Assembly: GCF_009914755.1 (NCBI RefSeq)
Contig: NC_060932.1
DNA from: the human T2T-CHM13v2.0 reference genome, Homo sapiens
Strand: one strand, 5' to 3'
DNA length: 64,000 nt
The notes under the pieces were generated by a model. The model was not told where the DNA came from and ran no database searches. It saw only the letters and a program-made list of their open reading frames with translations. Shown here in pieces: positions 29,791-55,183 of this stretch. Made by a program: the position numbers and the translations under genes. Position 1 is the stretch's first letter, and every line of letters starts with the position of its first letter.

Positions 29791-32700
29791 TCCCACTGAG
29801 AAGCGGGCTCTTCCTTGGCAGGGGCTTCTTCATTGCCTCGCTGTGGATGTCGAGGTGGGGCAGGAGAGTGAGGAGAAAACAGAGGAGGGAGGTAGAGCCA
29901 ACGAGCGAGAAAAGGGGAGGGAAGTTTAGATGGGAAGTGGATGGGTCTGAGGAATTTGAACAAACACCGACAATGAAGGAGAGTGACCTGAGCAAGTAGT
30001 AGTGGGGTAAATGGAAATAGACAAAATGGGAATCAGCAGAGATATGGAGGACAGAATACAATGAGGAGGCCTTGACCGTCAGTAGCAGAGAGGGCAGCAG
30101 AAGCCTAATTCCCAAATTCTTTAGATGGTTTTCTGATTTCCAAATTAGTTTCCCTTTTAAATTTATTGTGTCAGGTTCAGCTTATGAGGCCTCAATACTT
30201 TTCAGTCTTAATTGTATATTGAAAATACTTTTTGTTTACTAAATGCTTTTTACATTAATTCAGTGTGCACTTCGTAAGGATAATGATGATTTGAGTTAGT
30301 TTAGTATTCAACAGCTTCCTCTATTCCTTTATATGATCTCTGTATTTAATGGCTGTGGCATAAAGTTTCCAACTAAGTTTAAGTATCAAGTTTTCTTTGT
30401 GCTGTTTTCTGCAAATATTGAAGGATGACCTGGATTGTCCTAGAACTTTGTTCCAACAGATTACATGTGTTCATAATGAATAGACTGCTCAAAGATATTT
30501 CCAAAGCTCACCTTTTATGTTTTTCAGTTCCAATAATTACATCTTTTTAAGGTTTATATTTTTTGATGACTTAATGTGATGTTCTGGAGAAGACAAATGC
30601 TTTTAATCAATATGATTAAAACCGTGAAAGACAAATCGCTGTTACTTAAGAGTGTGACATATGATCTGAAATCTTTAGGGGGCAGGGATGTTAAGGGAAA
30701 ACTGCCACTATCGTATTAAGGTCATGCCATTCCTGTGAAGCTGGTGCTTGTTACTCTCTACTGGCTTCTGTTCACCTTTCCACCGGCCCCAAGACACACA
30801 CATAGTGACACAAGGCAGTGGACAGGGAAAGAGCAAGACTTTATAAAGTAAGCACAGAACAAAGGTATCTTTCTAATGAGGAGGAGGTGTTGGTTCTGGG
30901 AAGGAAGCTTGGGATTTGGGTATTCAGGATCCAGAAGTGAGAGAGCCTGGGAAGTTCAGGAACCAGAGAAAGAAAAAGCCTTGCCCATTCTCACCCATGA
31001 CACTGTGCTCAGCAGGTACTAGCAGACTTCAGGCTCTGTGACTAAAAGGGGTCAGACCAGTTGATATACCCACAGCTGCCATGTAAGGATGTGTGTGGAC
31101 TTCACTAGGGAAGAACGGTGTTACGAAAGAAGGGGCAGAAAAACTCACCTGTTGGTCTGCATGTAGAGGTTTATTGTCCTGAATTCCTGGAGGTTCAGTG
31201 AAAAGCAGAAGATTGTCTTTTACACATGTTGAGTTATGCCCCCATATATGTGGTTGTGGTAAAGAAAGAGGGTGTGTTGATGAGAGGTCCTGAAATGCAT
31301 TTTCCTAATACTCAGCAGGGGCTTCTCAAGAAGGATCTTCCCTAAGAAAGAAGCTCAGAGAACAAAAATGGAAAAGGATTAGATATGGCACTTTCACTGG
31401 AAAAAGTCATGTTATTCATTGATTGTTTTGTCATCTCCCGCCTTAAGTGTTGTTTTTAGGATGTGGTAATCTCTGACCCTGCCTAACACATTTCCCAACT
31501 CAACCATAGCCTTCCCTTAACGTCCTCCCATCTTCACGCTATCACACTGTGACCCAGTGAATTCGAACTTGTGAAGTTCCATTCGGGGGATCATATGGGA
31601 AGGGCTTCACACCCAGACATAGATTATAGATGGGAAGTGGGCCACATGGTGTCAGTGAGGCAAGTATGGGTCGTTTAGGGACAATGCACTGTCAGATCTT
31701 TGTTGACCATGATTAGAGAAACTCTGCATATTAGTAGTGAATTAATGTCAGGAATATCTGACAAATCCTGGAAAAGAAGATTGATGAGAGGAAATGTGTT
31801 CTGCCCAACTGTATAATGCATTTGAAGCTTAAAACAATGAATCAGTATTGATCTGGCCACAAAATATTAATGATTTGAATTAAAAAGAAAAGTTTAGAAA
31901 ATGATAGCTTTGACAAATTAAGGTAGCATTTCATCCACACGATGGAGTGTGTTTTATTCAGTAATTGATTTAAAAATGGAATCAACCTAAGTGTCTAACA
32001 GGAGGGAGTTTTATAAATTGTTCACAGAACATCTGTTCCAAGGAGACCTTGATGTTCATAGATTTGTAAAGAATGCTGCTTACTAGCACACTGACTGCTC
32101 TGCAAATGTCTGAGGGTTCCTCCACTTGGGGCAAGTTGGGGGTTTGATCGCAGAGTAAATAAATGGTGCATTTTATAATGTAATATATTCTAGCAAGATG
32201 CAGCCCACAAACTGTATAGATACTCTTATGTACCACATAAAGTTCATCTACTACTTTAACCAGAACTTGATACTGTATGTATGTTTTTTTTTTTTAGATT
32301 TGGATAAAATGACAACTCATTGTTATTTCCAGTTCACAAAGTAATTGTGAGGCTGAATAAATTTTATTATTTTATAGACATATGTGTAAAATGAATTTTT
32401 CTATGAAACTCATTTTTGATGTATATTAGATGCTATTTTATATTCTGTAGTTTAATTATATGTACGCACACATAAACACACACTTCGGTGTCTTATTATG
32501 TTTCTGCAGTGAAACCAAAATCCTTCCTTCACGCCCTTTGATTTTATGTTTTCCTCAGGAAGGCAGGAGCTATTGTATATGATAAAATATTATGTTTTAT
32601 TCAGTCCACTTATGAAATTGTTTAATATTGTTATAAATATTTATATGACTTATTTTAAATTTCCAAATAACATAGGTTACATGAAATTTGACAACTTTAT

Positions 32701-35259
32701 TTTTTTCTTTTCACAACTATTTTGACTGTATACTCACCAAAAATCAAAATTTAGACAAAATTGACTTTTAGACTAATTCTCATTTTTTACATGTAAAAGA
32801 CCACATGGGACTTTTAAGTCTAGGTTGCCCTGAGTCTACAGTCACTGAGGTTTTATGTCACTATGTCCTCCATTCTAATAATAGGATTTTCAGGCTTTAT
32901 TCATGTCATTTTTATATCCTCATTAAGTTTTAAAATTTATTTACATGGGTCTACAAATTTATTTCAAATCGTAGTCATAATATTTGCCTGTTGTAAATAG
33001 ACACTGATTTTGTGTGTTTGCTTTTTTTAAGGACTAATGTTGCTAAACAGGAAATATTGATTTCAGAATATTCATAATAGTTTTGCCCACTTTTTAAATA
33101 TTCTTATTAGTATTGATAATTAGAATTGATTCCACTTTTTCAAGTTTACAGTCACGTCATCTGAGAATAACTACAGTTGCAGCTCTTTGACTCCATTTTT
33201 GTAGTCCCTCTCCTTTTCCCTCTTGTTTTGGTCCCACCTCAGGCATCATGTGCAGTGGTGAATGGCATCAGCCTCACCCAGCCTCCTTTTTCCAGCCTTA
33301 CCTTTAGTGGAAATGGTTCTTTTGTTAACTGCTGAATATATTGTTGAGATTTTATTGATTAAGAAGAATTAGTCCCCACAATTTGGTATGATTTTTAAAG
33401 ATTTTATATTATTTTTAAAGATTTAAATTATATGAAAATGTTTTTTCAAAGGTCTATTAATGTGATTTTTTTAATCTTTAAAATTACTTTGTGAAAATGA
33501 TAGGTTTTCTAGTATGGAATTATCCTTTTATTATTGCAATAAACTCCACTTTACCATGCTCTGTCATTATTTAACCATACCAGTGATGGCCAGGTGGCCA
33601 AAATAAATAGCCAAATGGCTAAAATTGTATTGATGATTTTTGCAAATGTAAGTAAGGAAAATTGTTGGTTAAATTTGTAGTTATTGTTACATTCATGTTC
33701 ATTTTGATTAGCATAATAAACTAATGAGGACAGGCTTATTTTTCTCCTTCAAAATAACTTAGGTTACAAAGGAACTAGAAGTGATTTCACATGTAAGAAC
33801 TCTCACAAATCACTTTTACAGTTAAACTCTGATATATAACTTAAACATTAAAATTGGCTAATCAGATTTTTGTGCTGATTAATGAGGGAAAGTTTTTACT
33901 CTATTTTTGTGGAAAGTAATATACATATTCATGTTGGAATATAATTATTCCCATTTCTTAGATTTTAAATTACTACTTTTAAATAAATACAGTCTCTTTT
34001 ATTAACCTGTGTTTTTTCTTTCCACCGTGGGTCTTTTCAGTTTCATGATTTTGCTCTCAAAACTTTTTAATTATTGATTTCTGTCAAATCTGTTCATTCA
34101 TTACATTATTTTATTATTTATTAAATTGTTTTATCTTTTTAAGTCTTATTAATATGTACTGAATTTGTAACAATTTGGAAAGTCAAGTAACTCCTGTTTT
34201 ATCTTTTTCTTGGTTTATGAGTGTTTTTAAAGTTTTACGTTTCTTGAAGATCACAGCTGTAGCCCCAATTCCATGGTTCTGGCTACTTACATTTATCATA
34301 CTTATTAATATCATGAATGTAATTGGAATACCCCTTTGATTTTACTGGTGACGTATACCCACTAGTGTACTGAGACGGAAAAAAAAGTCTTTAGAACTCA
34401 GATAAATATACAGTTCATATTTACTATTTATGTATGTGTGATCTCGTTATTAAATTACTCTATCATGTTTGTGGAATTAGCAGTTTCTCTTTGAATTTGG
34501 ATGTTTCTAGTTATGTGTATTTCCAACGTATGTTTTTAGCCACATACACTTTATTGAATATCATATTTGGTGTTTAATTTTTGCTAGGATTATAGGCTGG
34601 ACTCCAGATCCAAACTTGACATGTAGCAGACCCATTAAAAACATACATTAAGCCCCTAGCACTGTTTTAATCTCCATGGCCTGGCTGAGCTTCTGCCATC
34701 TGTCTTCCTAGGCACCATGAGGTCTGGACATCTCATTTGGCATAGCTCAGCTGTGGCCATTGGTGGATCTCATCCTTAGTACTAGTCCCTGCTGGCAGGG
34801 GTGACCCAGGCCCACATAAGCCATTGCTGGCCTCCTTGGAGGACTTAGAGAATCCTGAGATTGCCCATGAGGATGGACATGCCTTTCAGTCTAGCACCCA
34901 CCTTTAGTGATGCCTGTGGAGATTGAGAAGCTCACAGCGGCCTTGGATGTCTTTCTTATACCTCCATTGTCTGCAGCGTGACTCCCATACTCTTGAGCCA
35001 AGGTAGAGAATTTTTAGGAGGCTTGTGTGGAGGTTTATGGTGGCCCCCATGGTTCTGTGAGACTGGTAGAAAGCACAGACCCCTTAGACTTCTCCCCAAG
35101 GAGAATACGTGAGACTAGTGGAGGAAAGGAGAGTAATGAAATATGCATTTCGTGTCCCAGGCTATCAGAGCACAGCTCTAAGGAAAAATACAGGGCATCG
35201 TATAGCAACTGGCACAGCTCTGTGAGACTGGGAGATATTGCACAACCTTGAAAAATCAA

Positions 35260-35434
35260 GATGTGACCCTACTGAATGAACAAAATAAATCTCCAATAAT
35301 TGACCATAAAGAAATACAGGTTTCTGGCTGGGTGCGGTGGCTCACACTTGTAATCACAGCACTTTGAGAGGCCGAGGTAGGCAGATCATTTGAGGCCAGG
35401 AGTTCAAAATCAGCTTTGCCAACATGGTGAAATA

Positions 35435-35467
<33 letters not shown>

Positions 35468-35960
35468 AGCTGGTCGTGGTGACGGGCACCTATAATCCCA
35501 GCTACTCAGGAGGCTGAGGCAGGAGAATCACTTGAATCCAGGAGGTGGAGGTTGCAGTGAGCTGGTATCGTGCCGTTGCACTACAGCCTGGGCAACACGA
35601 GTGAAACTCCGCTTTAAAAAAAAGAAAAAGAAATGGAGGTTTCTGATTTTCCTGATAAGAATTACAGGTAATTGCCTTAAAGGAGGTCAATGAGCTATGA
35701 GACAACACTGATAGACAAGTAAAATCTGGAAAAGGATACATGAACAACATGAGAATATCAACAAAGAAAAACCATAATAAAAGAATCAAATATAGATTCT
35801 GGGGCTGAAGAATACAGTAACTGAACTGGATCAATACAGGGCTTCAAGAGCTGACTTGATCAAGCAGAAGAAAGAACCAGTGAACTCAAAGACAGGTTAT
35901 TTGAAATTATTCAATCAGAAGAGCAAGTAGAAAAAGAATTTTTTAAAAGTGAAGAAACTG
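35260..35960 (+). mobile_element. Old L1 ORF1-region fragment interrupted by an Alu (~35326-35625)
   Basis: gacttgatcaagcagaagaaagaaccagtgaactcaaagacagg is ORF1 coiled-coil-like sequence; Alu consensus with a long internal A tract. Confidence 0.6.
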
Positions 35961-35974
35961 TCTGTCTTTGCTAA

Positions 35975-36935
<961 letters not shown>

Positions 36936-37704
36936 CATACATGTTCAAGTTTTCATGTTCTTAGTGTCCTTTCATTTCAACTTGAGGAACTCCCTTTAGC
37001 ATTTCTTGTAAGGTATGTCACTTGTAAAGTGTGTCTTTTAAGGAATCCACCATGATAAAATGAAATTTGAAGCTGCTTGGTAGATAAATTCATGCTACAT
37101 TTATCTACAGGTCAGACTTGAGGGACTGGTATTTCTAGAAGCCTCACATGGAAGAGACAGAATCATTCAGTACAAGTGTATCCAGAGGACCAGCAGAAGG
37201 GAGAAGGAATGGAGGGAGGCTCCTGAGGGCTGAGATGCATGTGGAGAAAGCCTGCAAGCACACAAACCGAGAATAATTAAATCTGAGAAATTCCAGGATT
37301 TATCTGTAGGTGGAGCCACATCTCCATGATTCAGGGATTCTTAGGATTTGGAATCATAGAAGGAATTAAACATTTCAGAATTCCATGCGCTAGGTGGCAT
37401 ATGAAACTCCATGATTTTCACATTTCTAGGTCTAAAATAAAAATATTTATATCTTTATTAGCAGCAATAGTCATTTCTTCTGACCCTGGGAGAGGAGAGC
37501 CACCAACCCAACCCACCCCCTACCCACTGCATGTCCTTGTTGGTTGGACTGGGGCTAATAGCTTTGGGGCAGATGTTAGAAGCAAAACTGGAGTGTCATG
37601 GTTTTTTTGTTTTTGTTTTTGTTTTTGCTCAGATTTGTCTTCTTAGTGCTTGGATGGTGTGAGTGAAAACCCAGAGGAATACATTTGGTGGCTGAGCTAG
37701 TACA

Positions 37705-43171
<5,467 letters not shown>

Positions 43172-44199
43172 GAATCATCAGCTGTAGCGTTAACACTAAA
43201 TACACCAAGGACAAACATACTACAGGAATATTATGTCTGTAATCAGTGTGGAAAAGCCTTTATTTATATTTACCACTTTGCTCAACCTAAATGAATTCAA
43301 GGTAGAGAGAATCCAGATGTATTTAATGTTTATGGCACAAACTTCAGACTCTAGGCTGACCATATACAACGTGAGAGAATGAAACTATAGATCAAAGGAA
43401 TGTGGAGGAGTCTTCATCCACAGCTCTGTTAAATAAATGGGAGAAATCACATCACGAAAATTCTGTGCCTGTCGTCAGTGTGAAAATGCCTTTGCTGATA
43501 ATTTATCCTCTAAACAAATGAGTAAAATCCACAGGCAAGCAACCATATGTCTGTAATTGCTGTGCACTCTCATTCAGCTAAGCACCAATTTTGGTGTGTG
43601 CAAGAAAATTCATTATAAGGTAACTGATAAAAACAGGAAATATGTGAAAATATTTTTTATTAGGTGGATGAGGCCTCTTGAACAATTCCAGAAATTCATA
43701 GTGGAGAAGTTATTCAATGAAAACTCATGAGAAATCCTTTTCTTAATACAGCAGCACTTCTATAATAGATCAGAATTCACATGGTGTAGAACTCTCAATG
43801 ACATGAATGGAGGGTAGTCCTCAGTAAATTACTCATTCCTTAGTCAATACTAGCATTTTTCCAGTGAGAAAACTATCTTGACAGGATAGTGGAAAAACCT
43901 TCAGGCAGCTTTTATGTCAAAAAAGTGAGACAGGGATGAAAACTCTAAAAAGCCATTGATGAGATGTATAGCTGGGGGACAAAACATAAAGCCATCAAGC
44001 ACGTGCTTGAGAAAAAAATTATAATTTTGAATAAAGACTTTCTACTTAAAATATGTGGGTTGAAATGTACAATTCTGAAATAACCTGGGAATATTGAATG
44101 CAGAATTATGTAAGAAGTAATAAGATTAAATTAGTACTGTCAAAAATACAAGCATTAAGTGTTGTTGCTGAATAATCTAATAGGTTTATTAAAATCTGT

Positions 44200-44850
<651 letters not shown>

Positions 44851-46199
44851 ACAGTGACATTCAATGGAACTAATACACATAGAACACAAAATTATAGGTC
44901 CTAACTATAGTAGTGGTATATATGTACATGGTAATGATTAAGTCAAACATGGATTATGAAAGACTCACTTTAAAAGTACAGTCTTATGGTGCTTAAATTT
45001 GCCTTTTTGTTTTTAAACCACTTTATCAAAGTGTAATTGACAAAAGCTGTTACTTAATGTATACAACTTAATAAGTTTTGAGATAAGGATAAGCCCAGGA
45101 AACCATCACCACCACCATCTGTGCCACAAACATTCATTCTCTCCAAAATTTCCTTCCCTCATTTTTCATTGTTCTCTTTGTGATAAAACCACTTACATCA
45201 CAGCAACCTGTAGCAAATTTTTAAGTATATAATACAGTATTGATAAGTATAGGCAATATATTATATGATTTAACATTGCAAAAATAAAACTAATTACAAA
45301 TGAATCTATTTAAATATAATTTGGCAGTGCTGGATAATTGTGGTTACATTTGCAAGAATGTCTCCCAGAATCAGGTATGAGCATCATAACATAGAGATTT
45401 TTGTTGCCATGGGCTTTTTTTCTTTAAGAACCTTTCTGTTCTGTGTGTAAATGTTTAATATTCTCACTTCTCACAAGGGCTATTTATGGAATCTTAGCTT
45501 ATATATTCCTCTCTAGCCTCTAAAGCTTACACTTTAAATTAATCTGTTTTTTTTTTCTTTTTTTGTTTCATCTTTATTCACTCCATCCTACCCAGAAGCA
45601 GAAACCCCACTATTTTGCACAAAACAAAAATGTCAGCTTATTTTTCCTCTGCCTAGACAGGCCATCTTTCTTCTGGGACCTTATGTTCCCTTCATGTTAA
45701 TTTTCAAGTGCTTGAGAAAATCCAGTGTGATACTTCATTGACTCTCCCCTTTCTCATGAATTCTACCTCAGAAAATCCTGTCCGAACAGGCTACCCTCAT
45801 GCCTAAAGCAGCTGTTTCATGTATTTCGTTTAAGTTTTGTTACTGTTAATGGTGGGTTGGTCCAATAACATCCACAGTCATGCTGGGAACAAAAATTTTT
45901 TACTCAAATATTTTAAGCCAAATAATGGTTATTCTATTTTTATGGGTGAAATAATTAAATCAGAATTTTCACAATAATGACTATTTCTATACGAAAAAGT
46001 TCTCCACTGTTCACAGCTTAACATCACATTAAATCCATTGGTGTCAGCTGCCTCATTTACCACATGCGACCATAAGGCCCGGCTCTTTTGGCCTGTGACA
46101 GAAGTCAGTGTATTTTCTCCCTGTGCCACATGTGTCCCTGCTCCCAGTCCTGGGTTTCTGTGTTGATGCCGAGGTATAAGATACCCATAGTAAGAGCAC

Positions 46200-49500
<3,301 letters not shown>

Positions 49501-49521
49501 AGGTGTTACAAAAGTAGATTA

Positions 49522-51640
49522 GGAAAACCTAGCCAATACCAATCAGGACATAGGCGTGGGCAAAGACTTCATGACTAAAACATTGTAGGGAAAAGAAATA
49601 GAGATCAGACTATTACTGTGTCTATGTAGAAAGGCAAGACATAAGAAATTCCATTTGGACCCGTACCTTAAACAATTGCTTTGCTGAAATGTTGTTAATT
49701 TGTAACTTTGCCCCAGCCAATTTGACCCAACTTTGAGCTCACAAAAACATGTGTTGTATAGAATCAAGGTTTAAGAGATCTAGGGCTGTGCAGGATGTGC
49801 CTTGATAACAAAATGTTTACAAACAGTATGCTTGGTAAAAGTCACTGCCATGCTCTAGTCTCAATAAACCAGGGGTACAATGCACTGCGAAAAGCTGCAG
49901 GGACCTCTGCCCTGAAAAGCTGGGTATTGTCCAAGGTTTCTCCCCATGTGATAGTCTGAAATGTGGCCTCGTGAGATGAGAAAGACCTGACCGTCCCCCA
50001 GCCCGACACCTGTAAAGCGTCTGTGCTGAGGTGGATTAGTAAAAGAGGAAAGCCTCTTGCAGTTGAGATAGAGGAAGGCCACTGTCTCCTGCCTGCCCCT
50101 GAGAACTGAATGTCTCAGTATAAAACCCGACTGTACATTTGTTCAATTCTGAGATAGGAGAAAACCCCCCCCTATGGTGGGAGGCGAGACATGTTTGCAG
50201 TAATGCTGTCTTGTTATTCTTTACTCCACTGAGATGTTTGGGTGGAGAGAAACATAAATCTGGCCTATGTGCACATCCAGGCATATACCTCCCCTTGAAC
50301 TGAATTATGACATAGATTCTTTTGCTCACATGTTTTTTTGCTGACCTTCTCCTTATTATCACCCTGCTCTCCTGCCACATTCCTTTTGCTGAGATAATGA
50401 AAATAATAATCAATAAAAACTGAGGGAACTCAGAGACCGGTGCCAGTGCAGGTCCTCTGTATGCTGAGTGCCGGTCTCTTGGGCCCACTGTTGTTTCTCT
50501 ATACTTTGTCTCTGTGCCTTATTTCTTTTCTCAATCTCTCATCCCACCTGGTGAGATATACCCACAGGTGTGGAGGGGAAGGCCACCCCTTCAAACATCA
50601 AAAGCAATGGCAACAAAAGCCAAAATAGACAATTGGGATCTAATTAAACTAAAGAGCTCCTGTACAGCAAAAGAAACTACCATCAGAGTGAACAGGCAAC
50701 CTAGAGAATGGGAGAAAATATTTGCAATCTACCCTATCCGACAAAGGACTAATATCCAGAATCAACAAAGAACTTAAACAAATTTACAAGAAAAAAAACA
50801 ACCCCATCAAAAAGTGGGCAAAGAATATGAACAGACATTTCTCAAAAGAAGACATTTATGCAGCCAACAGTCACATGAAAAAAATGCTCATCATCACTGG
50901 TCATCAGAGAAATGCAAGTCAAAACCACAATGAGATACCACCTCACACCAGTTAGAATGGTGATCATTAAAAAGTCAGGAAACAACAGATGCTGGAGAGG
51001 ATGTGGAGAAATAGGAAGGCTTTTACACTGTCAGTGGGAGTGTAAATTAGTTCAATCATTGTGGAAGACAGTGTGGCAATTCCTCAAGGATCTAGAACAC
51101 GAAATACCATTTGACCCAGTGATCCCATTACTGGGTATATACCCAAAGGATTATAAATCATGCTACTATAAAGACACATGCACACATATGTTTATTGTGG
51201 CACTATTCACAATAGCAAAGACTTGGAACCAACCCAAATGTCCATCAGTGACAGACTGAATTAAGAAAATGTGGCACATATACACCATGGAATACTATGC
51301 AGCCATAAAAAAGGATGAGTCCATGTCCTTTGCAGGGACATGGATGAAGCTGGAAACCATCACTCTAAGCAAACTATCACAAAGACAGAAAACAAAACAC
51401 CAAATGTTCTCACTCATAGGTGGGAGTTGAACAACGAGAACACGTGGACACAGGGTGGGGAACATCACACACACACTGGGGACTGACAAGGGTGGGGGCT
51501 GGGAGAGGGATAGCATTAGGAGAAACACCTCATGTAAATGACAAGTTGATGGGTGCAGCAAACCAACATGGCACGTGTATACCTGTGTAAAAACCTGCAG
51601 GTTGTGCACGTGTACCCTAGAACTTAAAGCATAATTTTTA
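49522..51640 (+). mobile_element. 5'-truncated L1PA (ORF2 C-terminus + 3'UTR)
   Basis: [43 protein letters not shown] is the L1 ORF2 C-terminus. TSD aaaagt(a/g)gatta at 49510-49521 and 51641-51652. Confidence 0.93.
49584..50593 (+). mobile_element. HERV-K(HML-2) solo LTR (LTR5B/LTR5A-like)
   Basis: tgtagggaaaagaaatagagatcagac...cccacaggtgtggagggg..ccaccccttca, ~1 kb, TG...CA ends. tataaaa at ~50119, aataaa at ~50412, TSD aacat. Confidence 0.92.
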
Positions 51641-52789
51641 AAAAGTGGATTATGAGCTTCAAATGGGCAGTTGGATTTTGAACCTAAATGCCACAGACAG
51701 CAACGGTTGGTAGAGAGGTGGGCTCAAAAATGGAAGGGAGGGACTGTGGAAGGGAGAAATGGAAGAGGTAAACAGTGCTGCCCAAGGGGAGACCTCAGAG
51801 GCCCTGACCTGCTGGGTAACCTATCCCGTAGCAGAGACACTGAAAAAAATATTCACGTGGCCAATTGCCTACCACTGTAGGTGGCTCTCCATTATGCCAG
51901 GGGCCTGGGAATTCCCATTTCCTTGGACCAAGAGTGGCTTGAGCAAGCTAGTTGGAAGACAGCATAAAGGAAGGGTTAGCAGCTTGCTATTAGGAAAATA
52001 CTTCTAACTTATAGGGCAGAATAGGGCAAGACCAATACTCCCCTAGGGAGAGGGCTATAACTCATATATCCCTCAGAATCCTAGAGGGAATGTCAACACA
52101 AATACTCCAGATCATATGGGGGGTGGCCAGAATACCAATGTTGAAAACTCAGAAGGCCCAAGTTTCAGCCAACAAGGGTCCCTTCACCAAATCCTGAAAA
52201 CCCTGGGGCACCCAGAATGCGGCCAACAGTCAATCCAAGACCAAATTGGGGTCAGCAAACAACATGACTCTAGCATCCCGAAGTAAAAACAGTGGGGATC
52301 TCTCACAACCAAGTACCCTGCCTTAATCGTCCCCAAACAATTAACAGAAAGGTAAAACCAAACATAAGACTGCACACATTTTAGGACTGAAAGTAAAATA
52401 ACTAATGGAACAACACAATGGAGTCCGAAGAGAAAGTACTCAGGGAAGGGGTGACAAGGACATGCTCTAGCCAAAGACGTTTATTTCATTTCCTAGTTCT
52501 CCTGATACTATGGCGATGGGGGCATAAGGGACACTCACCTGTCCACCAGAGCACTTATGGTGCTGACTGATTTTCCCCATGGGACCCAGGTGAAGATCTC
52601 GCCAGGATACCTCAGCTTGGGTGGACTTAACTGCCACAAAGGGTGGGTCCTGCACAGGGGGGGCCTGTAACCCACTGGTCGGCCAGTCAGACAGGTGGGT
52701 GTCACATAAGGTGGTGACACTATGGCTGCCCTGCCAGTAGGCTCAGCTGCCGCAGTGGGAGGGGCCTGCACTGTGTCAGTAACCCACCA

Positions 52790-53565
52790 GGCTGCAAATT
52801 TTCTGAACTTTTATACTGTGCTTCCCTTATAAAATTGAATGCCTTTAACACCACCCAAGTCACATCTTGAATGATATACTGCTCAGAAATTTCTTCTGCC
52901 AGATACCCTAAATCATCCCTCTCAAGTTCAAAGTTCCACATATCTCTAGGGCGGGGGCAAAATACTGGCAGTCTCTTTGATAAAACATAACAAAAGCCAC
53001 CTTTGCTCCAGTTCCCAACAAGTTCCTCATCTCCATCTGAGACCACCTCAGCCTGGATTTCATTGTCCATATCATTATCCGCATTTTGGTTAAAGCCATT
53101 CATCAAGTCTCTAGGAAGTTCCAAACTTTCTCATATTTTCTTGTCTTCTTCTGAGCCCTCCAAACTGTTAGAACCTCTGCCTGTTACCGAGTTCCAAAGT
53201 CGCTTCCACATTTTCGGCTATTTTTTCAGCAGCACCCCACTCTACTGGTACCAATTTATAATATTAGTCTATTTTCACCCTGCTGATAAATACATACCCG
53301 AGGATGGGCAATTTACAAAAAAAAGGAGGTTAAATGGACTTATAGTTTCACCTTGCTGGGGAGGCCTCACAATCATGGCAGAAGGCAAGGATGAGCAAGT
53401 CACATCTTAGGTGGATGGCATCAGGCAAAGACAGAGCTGTGCAGAGAAGCTCCTCCTTATAATATCATCAGATCTCATGAGACTTATTCGCTATCACAAG
53501 AACAGCACGGGAAAGACTTGCCTCTATTATTCAATTACCTCTCACCTGGTCCCTCCCACAACACC
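52790..53565 (-). mobile_element. THE1 internal fragment + LTR
   Basis: The minus-strand peptide MELPRDLMNGFNQNADNDMDNEIQAEVVSDGDEELVGNWSKG is the characteristic THE1/MST-int ORF. Confidence 0.85.
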
Positions 53566-53699
53566 AACCATGCTTGGCTAAGTTTTTAGTTCTAGTTTCA
53601 TAGAGATGGGGTCTCACTATGTTTCAGGCTCATGTCAAACTCCTGGGTAAAGAGACCCTCCAACCTCAGCCTCCCAAAGTGCTGAGATTACAGGCGTGA

Positions 53700-54070
<371 letters not shown>

Positions 54071-55000
54071 AGTAACTTTTCATGTGGTTACTAACAGCCA
54101 TGGATTTCCCTGTCCAAGGTACCAGTTTTTCGGTTGCATTTCTCTATATACTCATAGCCGTGGACACTGTCTACCTGTCTGATGAAATTCAAGTAACCTT
54201 TTCATTAGGTTTAACTTCCAAGAAATCTAAATGGGTTTCTTATAAACAAAAGCAATCACACTATAGGAAATTTTTCTTTACCTTTCTCACAACTAGCCTA
54301 AAAGACAAAAATAAAGATTGTACATGTTATCAAGGCAATTCCTTCCTTGTCTTAATTGGGTTTTAGATTAGTTAGGAAAAGAGCTATAAAAGGGTTAATG
54401 TTTTTACATCTATGTAACCTTCTGTATTGCTATTATTTAACAGTGACCCCTGATTCTGTTTGATTGAGTGTTTTGAGTCTTCTGACATCTTTGGCAGGTT
54501 TCTTCAAGATTAAAAACCTATATTAAGTCTTTTTGGCCTAAAACTAACTTCGGGATTTTGAAGGTTGACCCCTGGAAACCCTCAAAAATATTGCCTCTTA
54601 CCTTATAGAGATTAAATGGTTAGACTTATTTGGTAAAATATATGGGCGACATTTTACCACACAGGGCACAAAGGATATCAAGTAATAAGTGATGGAAGAT
54701 CTTTCAGTTACACTTATAGGTATGTTATTGATATAAATGTTCCTGACATAAATGTTCCAAAAATCATATATATTGATGAAAATCTGTTATCAGCCATACT
54801 TTTGTTTTGTTAAATATCTTCTAAAGTTATATTCATATAAATATGTTATAAATGTAAGTATTCTAAGATTATATACAACTTATAAAGATCTCAGGGACCT
54901 GATGCAAAGCTGTAAGACATGATTCTGGTTGTTATAAAATGCTACATATAATAAATATAACCAAATTTTCTTATGAATTGGGAACTTTTGTCAGATTTTA

Positions 55001-55183
<183 letters not shown>

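Noticed and set aside
28547-30115. Many overlapping ORFs in the CpG island
   Set aside because: Expected from high GC content; Arg/Pro/Gly/Ala-rich with no domain.
50912-51259. 115-aa ORF with strong protein similarity
   Set aside because: It is the L1 ORF2 C-terminus in a 5'-truncated, interrupted element, not a gene.
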